Of a stretch of 64,000 nucleotides of DNA, positions 23,487 through 34,791 are shown one piece after another. A program made the translations under genes and the position numbers. The stretch lies in NCBI GenBank assembly GCA_965113315.1, contig OZ220363.1; one strand, given 5' to 3'. The stretch is from Podarcis vaucheri. Lineage: Eukaryota. A model generated the notes under the pieces. It was given only the letters and a program-made list of their open reading frames with translations. It searched no databases and was not told the DNA's origin. Within the stretch, counting starts at the first letter, position 1; each line of letters starts with the position of its first letter.

Positions 23487-26400
23487 TTATTATTTATATC
23501 CCGCCCATCTGGCTGAGTTTCCTCAGCCACTCTGGGCGGCTCCCAATCAAGTGTTAAAAACCGTACAGCATTAAATATTAAAAACTTCCTGTAATGTATA
23601 TGGGTTGCTCGTGTGTAAGTTGCCGCCTCTCCAGGCTTTGTTGCCTTGCTAAACCTTTCAGTCTGGGCAGCCCTTCACTTCGTGTCTGCCTCAGTCGCTA
23701 GCAGAATCCGTCAGTGGACGTTTCTTAAATCTTTTCCAACATAAAAGTTGTTTGACACCCAGTCTCCTCCTACTCTCTCTGTGCGGAAGTCTTCTGCGCA
23801 GGGTGGGCGTGGGTAGCGGAGGACCCGTGCTCTCCCCGCTGGTGTCCGGTGAAGAGTCCTGGAGCCCTCTCGCCGATTCCCCCATCAGCCCCTCTATATC
23901 CCTGGTGTTGCGCTGATTTGCTTCCCCATCTGCGGAGCTGCCTCTCTCCCTGCTGGGCCCTTCTCCAGCATCATTTGAGAGCCTTCCCTCCGCCTCTAGC
24001 TCCGATGTCAGTTCCCTGACACTTCCCTAAACAGGGCTGCCTTCAGATGTCTTTTAAAGATCCTTCAGATGTCTTTTGATCTTTTAAAGGAATTTAAGAG
24101 GCAAGATTCATATACGTGGTACACACTGAGACAGGGACACGTTTGAAAATTAAGCACTTGTCCTACCATTCAAATCAAAACTGGTGATCTTTTCCTGTGA
24201 AAATGTTTGGGTGTGGTTCTAAACACCTGATTCATGGAGAGTCGTCCCCCCCCCCCCCGCTCCAACCCATTTGAATTGAATCCTGTGTTCTGATAACAGT
24301 TCTTATAGATGACTCTCCACCTATATGCTGATGGCTGTGACAGAGCTTTGGAGAATCCTTGCTTGTAAGCTGACACAATTTTTAGTAATTTTTGCCTTGG
24401 ATGAGATTTGAACTGAAGCATGAGGTAGGTGTGTGTGGATTTTTTTCTACCTTATTCTCAGCTGTTTTTTAAATATCTCCTCACAGAGGTCTTGGTCAAA
24501 GTTGTGGAGCTCTATTTCTGCGAACGGTGTGGGCAGAGCTTCTCTGACCCCGGCCTGCTTTCCCAGCATCAGTGCATTGAGCTTACCAGAGGACAACTTG
24601 CAAGCATCCCTCAACTCCAAGAGCTACCACTGGGCCTTACAAGCCAGAGCCTGGCTGTCTCTGGAGAGCAGTCGGCAGTCCATGAGGCACAAGCGCAGGG
24701 CTTGCTGGATAGAAGCAGGCAGGACCCTGAATTCTGTACCGATCCCCTCTTGTGCCCTGTTTGCCAGGTGGAGTTTGCCTTGCCCACTGAGCTGAAGGAG
24801 CATTTCAGGGACCACCAAAAACCTACGGGTCCCCAAGTCTGCTTTGAGGAAGGCTGTCATTTCAACTCGGAGGATCGCAAGCAACTCCGGGGGCACCTGC
24901 GGCACGTCCACCAGGTGTGCCCAGTCACCTGCACCTACCGTGGCTGCTCGCTCTTGTTCCGAAGCCGAGAGGACATGGACCTTCACCGCAGAAGCCACTT
25001 CCCGTTTCACTGTAGGCTCTGTGACTTCATCAGCGGCAACACCAAGCAGTTTGGGCAGCACCGACACAGCCATCTGCAGGAGGCCACACAGCAGGATGTG
25101 GAGGCAGCGCTGGAGACAGGAGCAGTCGCTGAGAGCACTGAGCACAGCTTCACTGCCATAGTGGGGAAGCGGCTCGCCCATCATCTGCTTCTAACATCAG
25201 GTACTTGGGGCTGAGGAAGAGACTAGGGTGGGCAGAAGGGGGGGTTCTTTGTAGTGATGCCAGCCACCTACTTCTTAAAACCCCCACTGGATCCTAGGGG
25301 TCTCTTAACTCACTTTTGTGACAACTTCCACTTCACTTAGAGACAATGCCATAGGCGGAGGTAAAGGGGTGAAGCTCCATTAGTCAGCCGGCTTTGTGGA
25401 ATGATATTATTTGTGGATGTGGAAAATTATAGCATGAAAAGATGGTGGTAGATTCTGAATGGTGAACCATAGCTGGGAAAAGGATTTGAAATGGTGGGAA
25501 AGTTGGGGAAGTGCAGTAGCCGAGAGCAGCTCTCCCTTTGAAAATGCCCAAAGTTTAATCCTCCTCTCTGTCAAACCATGAAGGTCTTATTTCCACTTTT
25601 TGTGTGTCTTTTAACCCTCTTTTCTAGTTCCTGTTCTACTTCCCTTTGCCTGGTTCTCAATATGCATTTATTTGCATGTTATCATTTGCTCACCTCAAGC
25701 CTTTTCTCTATAAAAAAATGGAGTCCCTGGTTTATATTTCATTTTCTTTCCAAGGAAGGGAAGAACCACTGAGCAAGGCTGAGAATTGCTTGGAAGTTCA
25801 GAGTGGTTGGGATGTGACTGAAATGGAGCCTGGCCTGGGGGCACATGTTGGTAGCAGTCATGTGCCTCCTGAGGACTCAGGACCCAAGGAAGACACAGGG
25901 GATGAATTTCAGGAGGAGGAGGAGGAGGAGGAGGAGGAGGTGGTGGTGGAGAAGGAGAGCTTTGAGAAGAAAGCATCTTCTAAAAGAACAAAGGCTCAGC
26001 TGATCAAAGGTAGAGACTTGCATTCATTTGCGAGCAGTACAGTTTCTGGCATTTCTTAGAAAAGCTTTGACAGACAGCAAATGCACAGGCATATTACAGC
26101 ATGCCCTATATTTGAAGAGGGTCTCCCTGCCTGAACTGGTTGTTTTCTTTCCCGAGTTCAGAGGCAAACTACTTCACACATTAGTTCCCACTTCTGCTTG
26201 GAAATCTATTTGTGATGCTTTCTTTTCTTTGGAGTGGGGTGGAGCATTGAATGCAATGGCTATTCTCCAGTGGGTGCTAACTGATTCCCAATTATCCCTA
26301 AATCTCCTGAGCTACTAGAAGCTCTTAAGCATAGGGTGGGGTTTTTAGATAAATTTTATATCTGTATAAAAAAACCCTCTACTGTTATAGGCCATTGCAG

Positions 26401-29400
26401 TAATTTTTTATTGTAGGGTAGAGAGAACATGGGAAGAGATTGCAGTTTGGAGCAACGGTTATTGCTAGAGATGAGAGGCAGGCAAAATAGACTTCTGGAG
26501 CATGACCAAAGGCCCTTTTATTCATTCCTCTGCACTTAAGACATGCTCCTCTCATTGCAGAAGGTGCGGTTGAGGACTCCAAATACCTGTTCAAGACCCA
26601 CATGTGTCCCGAGTGCAAGCGTTGCTTCAAGAAGCGGACTCACCTGGTGGAACACCTTCACCTCCACTTCCCTGACCCCAGGCTGCAGTGCCCAAACTGC
26701 CAGAAGTTCTTCACCAGCAAGAGCAAGCTGAAGATCCACATGATGCGTGAGAATGGGGAGAAGGCCCACCGCTGCCCACTCTGCCACTACAGCTCTGTAG
26801 AGAAGAATGCCCTCAACAGGCACATGGCCAGCATGCACGAGGACATCTCCAACTTCTACTCGGACGTCTACTCCTGTCCTGTGTGCAAGGAGACGTTCAA
26901 GCTCAGCCATGCCCTCAAGGAGCACCTGAAGACCCACAAGGCAGAGCCCAAGCAGCTGAGCTGCTTCCAGGCCGACTGCAGCTACAGCACCGAGGACCGC
27001 AAGGACTTCCTGCGGCACGTCAGGGAGGCACACTACATCAAAGCAGTAGAGTGCAAGTACTATGCCTGCTCCCTTCTCTTCCCCACCGCGGAGGTCATGG
27101 AAGCGCATCGCAAGACGCACTACGCCTTCCACTGCCAGCAGTGCGACTTCATCTGCTCCAACAAGCACGTCTTCCGCAAGCATAAGAAGCAAGGCCACCC
27201 GGGGAGCGAGCAGCTCCAGTGCAGCTTCTGCCCCTTTGCCACATTCAACTCTGTGGAATTCCACGACCACGTGGGCAAGATGCATGCCAGTGAGAAGATC
27301 CACAAGTGCACCGAGTGCAACTTTGCCACGGCGCACAAGAGGGTCCTCATCCGCCACATGCTGCTCCACACAGGCAAGTTTGCTTCCCTGCATGGGGACT
27401 CCTAGGGAAGCTCTGGAACGTGTCTGCTTGTTTGCTTGTCCCCTTTGTCTCCTGTTGTCTCATAGTGCTCTGAACGGCAGGTCTGTAGTCCTAATTTTCC
27501 TACCTGCTCCTACTTCTTTAGTTCGACCCTTTTCCACTATGAGGTCAGTTGCCTTATTTGTATACTGCAGGACTAGGGAGACCTAGGTTAATATTCCTAC
27601 TCTCGGAAGCTTTCACTGGGTTTTTCTTGGGTCAGTCACATATTCTCAGACTTAACTTGCCTCACAGGGTTTTTGTCGGGAGAGGTGGGAGCTGAGGTGG
27701 GAACTACAGGTGCCACCTCGTGCTCCTTAGAGGAAAGGTGTGAAATAATGAAATTCATACCTTCTAAACTTGAAAGGAAGCTCCTTCCAGACCTCTACTT
27801 TGATCATTGTGATGAAGGGAGACTTTAGATATAGATTGAGCACCCACAGGTTAGACTTGTTTTTCTTGTACAAAATCCTGGCCTTCTGGGGCCCCCTTCA
27901 TGCAGGTTCTGCCCCCACACCTCTTGTTGAAAGACCTAGATTCTGTACTGGAAAGGGATTGAGATTCTTTAGTAAAATTTAGGCAGATTTGCCAGATTTC
28001 CGAACTTTAGTTTGCCAACAGAATTTCAGTTCTGGTTGTAGAGTTCAACAGTCTTCAGTATAAAGTTAGATTCCCTGACTAGACTTTTGGGGTTTGCAAT
28101 TTTTGGCAGCCCATTCCCCATTTTAGTTGCAATTTCCCATCAGCCTTTCCTTTTCCCAGCTAGCAGCCTTGGATACAGCTAGGTGAAGGTGCTTAGGGCA
28201 CTGTCGCATTTACCTGCCCACCCCAACCTCCCAGCAAGCCCCTCCAGAGCAGGAAGGTCTGGCAAGCAAAGGGCAGGAATGTGGAGAAGGACTTTCTAGT
28301 TTGTGGCCCTGCATGGCAAAGGCACTCGTCATGGTGATGCAGCGGCCAAGCAGCCCTAGCCTTTCTCCCCTCTTTGGAGTGAGAAAGAAGCAGGGATTGC
28401 TGCTTAGCTGATGGGATCATTGCCACTCACCTCTACACTTGCACTGTGGGAAGGCATGCTTGTTGCTTGTTAACGCTAACTTGAGGGCAGTGCCACACAT
28501 GGTTGAAACTTGGGCGGCATCCATACACAGTGACAGTATAGCAATACAGTGGTACCTCGGGTTACATACGCTTCAGGTTACATACGCTTCAGGTTACAGA
28601 CTCCACTAACCCAGAAATACTACCTCGGGTTAAGAACTTTGCTTCAGGATGAGAACAGAAATTGTGCTCCGGCAGCACAGCGGCAGCGGGAGGCCCCATT
28701 AGCTAAAGTGGTGCTTCAGGTTAAGAACAGTTTCAGGTTAAGAATGGACCTCTGGAACGAATTAAGTACTTAACCCGAGGTACCACTGTATGCTGTGGGA
28801 AGGAAGTGCTACTGTTTATTTTGCGGGGGGTTTTTTGTGGGGCGGGGCAAAGTAGGGCCTCGTTTTAAATTGAAAATCTGCTGCCCTCAAGGGGCACTGC
28901 GGGCAGGACTGTCAATCCACAGCTTCCAGTTTGCTCTGTGACTTTAGGAGAGAAGCCTCACAAATGCCAGCTGTGTGACTTCACTTGCCGAGACGTGAGC
29001 TACCTTTCCAAGCATATGCTGACCCACTCTGACGACAAGAACTACATGTGCACTGAGTGTGGCTATGTGACAAAGTGGAAGCACTACCTGAACGTTCACA
29101 TGCGGAAGCACACGGGAGATCTGAGGTACTGAGAGACCCCCTTCCCATTCCCCTGGCGTGTGTCCTGTATCAGGAAGTAATCTGTATGCAGAGCTGAGGC
29201 CTTTCTCCTTCCACGGCCTTGACCCACTCTTGTTTTGTGTGCAACCAGGTATCAGTGTAACCAGTGTTCCTACCGCTGCCACCGGGCCGACCAGCTGAGC
29301 AGCCACAAGCTGCGCCACCAGGGCAAGTCCTTGATCTGCGAGGTGTGTGGCTTTGCTTGCAAGCGCAAGTATGAGCTACAGAAGCACATGCAGGCGAAAC

Positions 29401-32400
29401 ACTCCCAGAACTACCAGTCTCCCGTCTTCCAGTGTCAGTACTGCAGCTACCAGACCAAATACAAGCAAGCCCTGCTCAACCACGAGAACTGCAAGCACAC
29501 CAAGCAGAGGGAGTTCCGTTGCGCCCTGTGCCCTTACCGCACCTTCAGCAATACCAGCCTTTTCTTCCACAAGCGCAAGGTCCACGGCTATGTGCCCGGT
29601 GACAAGGGCTGGCAGGAGAACTATGCCAGCAAGGAGTTGGAGGTCACCTCGACGGAGGTGCTGCTCAGTTACAACCTGGCCATGACCCTCCATGCGGAGC
29701 CCAGTCCCTCCCTCCCCAGGAGGCATGACAAAACCAAGGCCCTTGTTTCAGAGGTCCAGGAGGAGGATGGCCCCCAGGAGACTTTCATCATGTCTCTCTT
29801 TGGGAGTGAAGGCAATGCTGAGACCGGGAGAGAGGAAGTGGTGGGAGAGCAAGACCATAGTAAGACAGATGCAGCCCCTTCAGAGGAACTCTCAACCAAA
29901 GCCTTTCCGAAGGGCTCAGAGGAATCAGGCAGTATTGGGAAGCCCCTTCCGACTTGCACACTGCATCTGGAGACCCTGTGCAGCTCTGACCCAGAGCAGC
30001 TGGTTGAGGAGATGCCCGCAGCAATGCCAGACAGTGGGACGGCCCAGAATTGTAAGGAGGTGGAATCGGCCTATGAAGCATTAGGCTCCAAGGACTCCCT
30101 CCTCCTGGAGGACAGCGAATCTGCTCTCGACGACATCCCTGACTTTGAGGAGGAGGCAGAGGTCCATGAGGATAGAGAGATGGAGCTGGAGAAAGGTGCT
30201 GGGTCAAGGACTGTTGAAGAGAACAAAAAAGATGCTCAGCAGGATCTGGGGGACAGTAAGGGTGATGGGCGGGACTCTGAACTTCAGCAGGCACCACCCA
30301 GCCCTGAGCAGGGTTTGGGGTGCAAAGAACCCAGTATACAGGAAGCTTGGCCAAAGGGGTCAAAGCAAGATTCTCTTCGACCTGTTACTGGCCACGAGAC
30401 TCTCCTTGCCCCAGAAGATATGCTTCCTCCCTCTGAAGAAGGCTCCGATTCAGAATCTGTGCTGAAAGCTCTAAGGCGGCAGGACAAGGAGCAAGCGGAA
30501 ACCCTTGTCCTGGAAGGCAGGGTGCAGATGTTGGTGGTTCAGTCCGAGAGCCGCGTCTTCAAGTGCGAGAAATGCTCTTACATCACCAGGAAGGAGAAGT
30601 CAATGCTGGTGCACTGCAAAGCTGGCTGTCAGGGTAGGAAATGCCCCTTGGTGTGCCAGGAGTGTGGGGCCATTTTCAAGCAGCAGAGAGGCCTGAATAC
30701 CCACCTCCTTAAGAAATGTCCGGCCCTCGTGAAGAAGACTGGCGGGAAAGCAGCCTGCTTAGACCAGCCTGCTGCAGTACAGCCCAATGACAAGAGCCTG
30801 GAAATAGCGGAGGCTAAGAAGAATGGGACAGGAGCCCCGGACGAGGAGGTGAGCAAGCTTCAAAAGGCTTCCTGGGATGCAGAACTGAGGCCTGTGGATG
30901 CTGAGTCTACAGCCGCTGTCCTTCCCAACACACAGTCCTTGGCCATCAGTTTGCAAGAGAAGCCATCTCAGGATGTCCCTGAAACCATGGTAGAAGAACA
31001 GTTGCCAGAAGCTACCGCTGACACAGCTAGCAATCCCTTGGAGAAATACTATGTGGAGCAGAGCAAGTTCCACTGCAAAGCCTGCTCTTTTGCCTGTTCA
31101 CGGGTGTCCACCATCCGCTCCCACGTAGAGGACGGCTGCCGTGGCTCAGAGCAGTTCTGCTGCCCGTTGTGCTCTAAGCCGTTCCGTTCCAAGAGGGCCG
31201 TTAAGATCCACCAGTTGGAGGGGCACGTTGAAGCTCATCCCACCCAGCTGCTGGAAAGGACCAAGCGCACGGCGGACTCAGAGGGTGGAGATCAGCAAGC
31301 AAATGGACAAATCATCTGTAAAGATATGGGTCGGGCCAATGAGCCAGTGGGAGCAAGCTGTCCCCGCCCTGTGGCCACACACAAGAAGCGGCACTTCTCC
31401 TGCCCCTCCTGCCCCTTCACGTGCCACCAGGAGCGTGCCCTGAAGACCCACAAGAAGCGGGGCTGCCTGAAGCTGGGCGAGTTCCGCTGCACGCTGTGCC
31501 CTTTCACTTCCAAGGCTGCGGCAGCGCTCCGACTGCACCGCAAACTCCACCGCAAGTACTACAGCAGTCGGCCGCAGCTGGCCTGCCGCCAGTGCGACTT
31601 CACCTGCAAGCAGGTGCGCTGCCTGCGCCAGCACGTGCGCATCAAGCACGAGGGGGAGAAGCCCCACAAGTGCCCTTACTGTGAGTTCAGCACCACCCGG
31701 CGCTACCGGCTGGATGCCCACCAGTCCTTGCACACGGGCGTGGGCCGCATCGCCTGCCCCACCTGTGGCCAGACTTTCGGCACCAACTCCAAGCTGCGTA
31801 TCCACCGCCTGCGGGTCCACGAGAAGAAGCCCACCCACTTCTGCCCGCTCTGCGACTACAGCGGCTACATCCAGAACGACATCACCCGCCACGTCAACAG
31901 CTGCCACCAGGGGGAGCTGAACTTTGCCTGCGCCCACTGCCAAGCCCGCTTCAGCTCTGAGACGGCCCTCAAGCAGCATGCCCTGCGCCAGCACGAGGAG
32001 AAGGTCTCCTACGCCTGCCCTCGCTGCGCCTTCGTCTGCCACAGCGAGGCCACCCTCAAGTGCCACGTCCAGAAGCAGCACCCGCACCTGGAGTGCGCCA
32101 CCTGCAAGGCCACGCTGGCCACCCGCGAGGAGCTGGAGGAGCACAAGAAGCTGCACTTCAGCCACCGCTGCGACATCTGCAGCTACGCGGCCAAGGAGCG
32201 GCAGCAGCTGGTGAGCCACTACTTGGAGGCCCATGAGCCCCCTGCGGCCAGCGAGAGGTTGCTCAGGTGCTCCTTCTGCGACTTCAGTTGCTGCCACCAG
32301 CTGGTCCTGGACCACCACGTGAAGGGCCACGGTGGCACCCGCATCTACAAGTGCTCCGACTGCGAGTACGCCACCAAGAACAAGCAGAAGATCACGTGGC

Positions 32401-34791
32401 ACATCCGCATCCACACCGGGGAGAAGCCTTACAAGTGCCACCTGTGCCAGTACGCCTGCGCTGATCCTTCACGCCTCAAGGTGAGAGCCATCCATGCTCG
32501 GGATGATGGTTAATAATGATTGCCTTGCCTGATTTGTCCACTCCCTGCCCAATATGTACCTATCTGTTTTCCCTTTTGGAGGGACTTAACTTTAGCTCCA
32601 TTTGTTCTGGTTTTAACTTCCTGTTATAAGATTTAATTGCCACCAGTGGAGGCAAAACCTATCCAGTAATTGTCTAATACGATGACATTTCAGTGACAGA
32701 CCATATGAAACATCTGTTGCTATCTGGGGGTTTTTCAGCCCAGCTAGACTGGCTGCTTCCAGTCTGTGATTCTGATCTCTTCCTCCTCTCTTGAAATCTT
32801 ACAACTCTCTCTTATGCTTCAGCCAGTCTTGCCCCTCTCCTGCATGCATTTTGAAAGGTGGAAATGAAAAACAAAAACAAAAAACAAAACTAAGGAGTGC
32901 CTCAGATGCGGTGGGTTAAGTCTGGCCTTTGTTACTGTGACTTTTCAGTGCCTTACTGTCCGTAGTATTCCCTCTCTGTCCTCGTGCAAGAGGTTGCCTG
33001 CTAGGACCACTGGTCCACTGGGTGAATTATTTTTTTCTTTATACAATTTATCTCCTGCCCTTCCTCCCAAAGGAGCCCAGGGTACCTGTTGATACATTTG
33101 CTTCACTGTTTAGTCTTCCTTGTTTCCTGGGTTCATAATAATGTTCCAGTCAAGTAACTGGATTAAACCACTTGTGAGGTTGGTGTCCCACATGTGTGAC
33201 CCCCCCCCATTTGTCTCCCTCTCTCTGCCCAGTATCACATGCGCATACACAAGGAGGAGAGGAAGTACCTTTGCCCGGAATGCGGCTACAAGTGCAAGTG
33301 GGTGAATCAACTGAAGTACCACATGACAAAGCATACAGGCAAGTGCTTGACTGGAATATGGAGATCTGGGCACTCAGGAGCTAGAAAGGGCAGCCTCTGT
33401 TCCTCTTGGGGGGATAAAGCCTTGCAGGGCCATGTGTTTTGTTCACATGATGTGAAGAACAGAACCTCTTGTAGCCTTCCAAAAGCTGTATGCAGAGGCA
33501 AACAGTTGGCATGGTCCAGATTTGATAGAGATTTCTTTCATCACAATTGGACTTAAGGGAGTAGGCACGGTGATCTGTAGATTCTTGAAGAAATGTGGCA
33601 GCGGTCTGTTCTGTTAAGAACTAAACAGATTATTGTTCCTTGTGAGATGGTGCTGGTCCACCAATGCATCTATTTTGGGTGGGGACATCAGAGTAAAGAA
33701 CTGACTGTAGCTTTTGGAAGTGTTGGTACACATCAATTTTTTAAATACGTATCTCAACGCAGGCATTCCTTACATGCTAACAAGTTTAGCCCATACCAGT
33801 TTCATGCCTGTCCCTGGGAGCGATTGTTGGACCCTTGCAGGCTGAATGGCACTCTTGCTTTCATTGTTCCATCTCCAATCCTACTGGTTAATAATGCACT
33901 GAATGCCACACTGATGAAACTTGGGCCGTGCTTAGAGTATACCCATTGAAATCAACAGGCTTAAGTTAGCCATGACCATTGATTTAATAGGTCTGCTCTG
34001 AGTCTGATACAACCGCTTATTTCCATTTGAGAGCGTTTCTGCCTGGTAGCATTTGGGCTGCTGAAGGAGTTTTCATTAGAATTTGGGGTATTTTTGTAGC
34101 CATAGTTCCAAGGCCAACATATGAGGCTGCAGTAACGGGTGGAGATTTGGGGACACTCCTTTCGCCAGGGCATGCACCATCCTGCAGAACATGGATGAGC
34201 GGCAATGTTGAGCACTGTTGAGGACACGTGGGCTGTGGCTTGGTTTTGATGGTCTGGCATCTCCCACCTGCTTCCAGTGTGTTGCTCTGTGCTTTCTACA
34301 CAGGGATCAAGCCATATCAGTGTGACGAGTGCGAGTACTGCACCAACCGTGCCGATGCCCTGCGCATCCACAAGGAGACGCGCCACCGCGAGGCCCGCTC
34401 TTTCATCTGCGAGCAGTGCGGGAAGGCCTTTAAGACTCGCTTCCTCCTCAAGACACACCTGAAGAAGCACAGCGAGGAAAAGCCGTACGTCTGCAACGTC
34501 TGCTACCGGGGTTTCCGGTGGGCAGCCGGCTTGCGGCATCACTATCTCACGCACACCAACGAGCACCCTTTCTTCTGCCGCTACTGCAGCTACAAAGCCA
34601 AGCAGAAGTTCCAAGTGATCAAGCATCTGCAGAGGCACCACCCTGAGCAGGGCGGGACGGAGGGGGATCTCAGCAAAGGGGTGGGCAAGGACCCTAGTAC
34701 ACTTCCTGTCCACCTGCATGATGCTCAGCTGGAGATTCCCCCCTCCAAGCACCCAGAGGTGATTGAGGCCCAGGTGTCACCGCATGGCTAA
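22726..34791 (+). CDS. ZNF142: Zinc finger protein 142. Coding exons 22726-22987, 24487-25200, 25755-26009, 26561-27373, 28948-29125, 29249-32480, 33233-33338, 34304-34791 (6048 nt, about 2015 aa)
   Basis: Motifs EVLVKVVELYFCERC, FKTHMCPECKRCFKKRTHLVEHLHLHFPDP, QAETLVLEGRVQMLVVQ and many C2H2 fingers match recalled ZNF142. Phases are consistent and the total is divisible by 3. Two donors are GC (27374, 33339). The exact start ATG is uncertain. Probable 5' UTR exon 20879-20966. Confidence 0.96.
23434..23486. repeat. (AAT)n microsatellite
   Basis: Seen directly; abuts an L2 tail. Confidence 0.95.
23487..24060 (-). mobile_element. L2 3' end fragment split by a solo LTR
   Basis: ttatttatatcccgcccatctggctg...gggcggctccc...aaaacttcc resumes after the LTR as ctaaacagggctgccttcagatgtc. 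Confidence 0.65.
23590..24021 (-). mobile_element. Solo LTR (Gypsy-type, 432 bp) in a ZNF142 intron
   Basis: TGT...ACA termini; perfect 5-bp TSD CTTCC (23585-23589 / 24022-24026); its removal restores a continuous L2 tail; minus strand begins TGTCAGGGAA like the LTR at 15383-15755. Confidence 0.85.
27565..27750 (+). mobile_element. Decayed tRNA-derived CORE/MIR-like SINE
   Basis: ggactagggagacctaggtt...ttgggtcagtcac...ctcagacttaacttgcctcacagggtt, similar to the copy at 61905-62110. Confidence 0.55.
28547..28788. mobile_element. Tc1/mariner (Tigger/pogo-like) MITE, young
   Basis: Perfect 18-bp TIR CAGTGGTACCTCGGGTTA / TAACCCGAGGTACCACTG flanked by TA duplications. Confidence 0.92.

Noticed and set aside
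31278-32441. 387-aa antisense ORF (and the 285-aa ORF at 26536-27393)
   Set aside because: Shadow frames of GC3-rich ZNF142 zinc-finger codons; Val/Ala/Leu-rich with no recognisable domain
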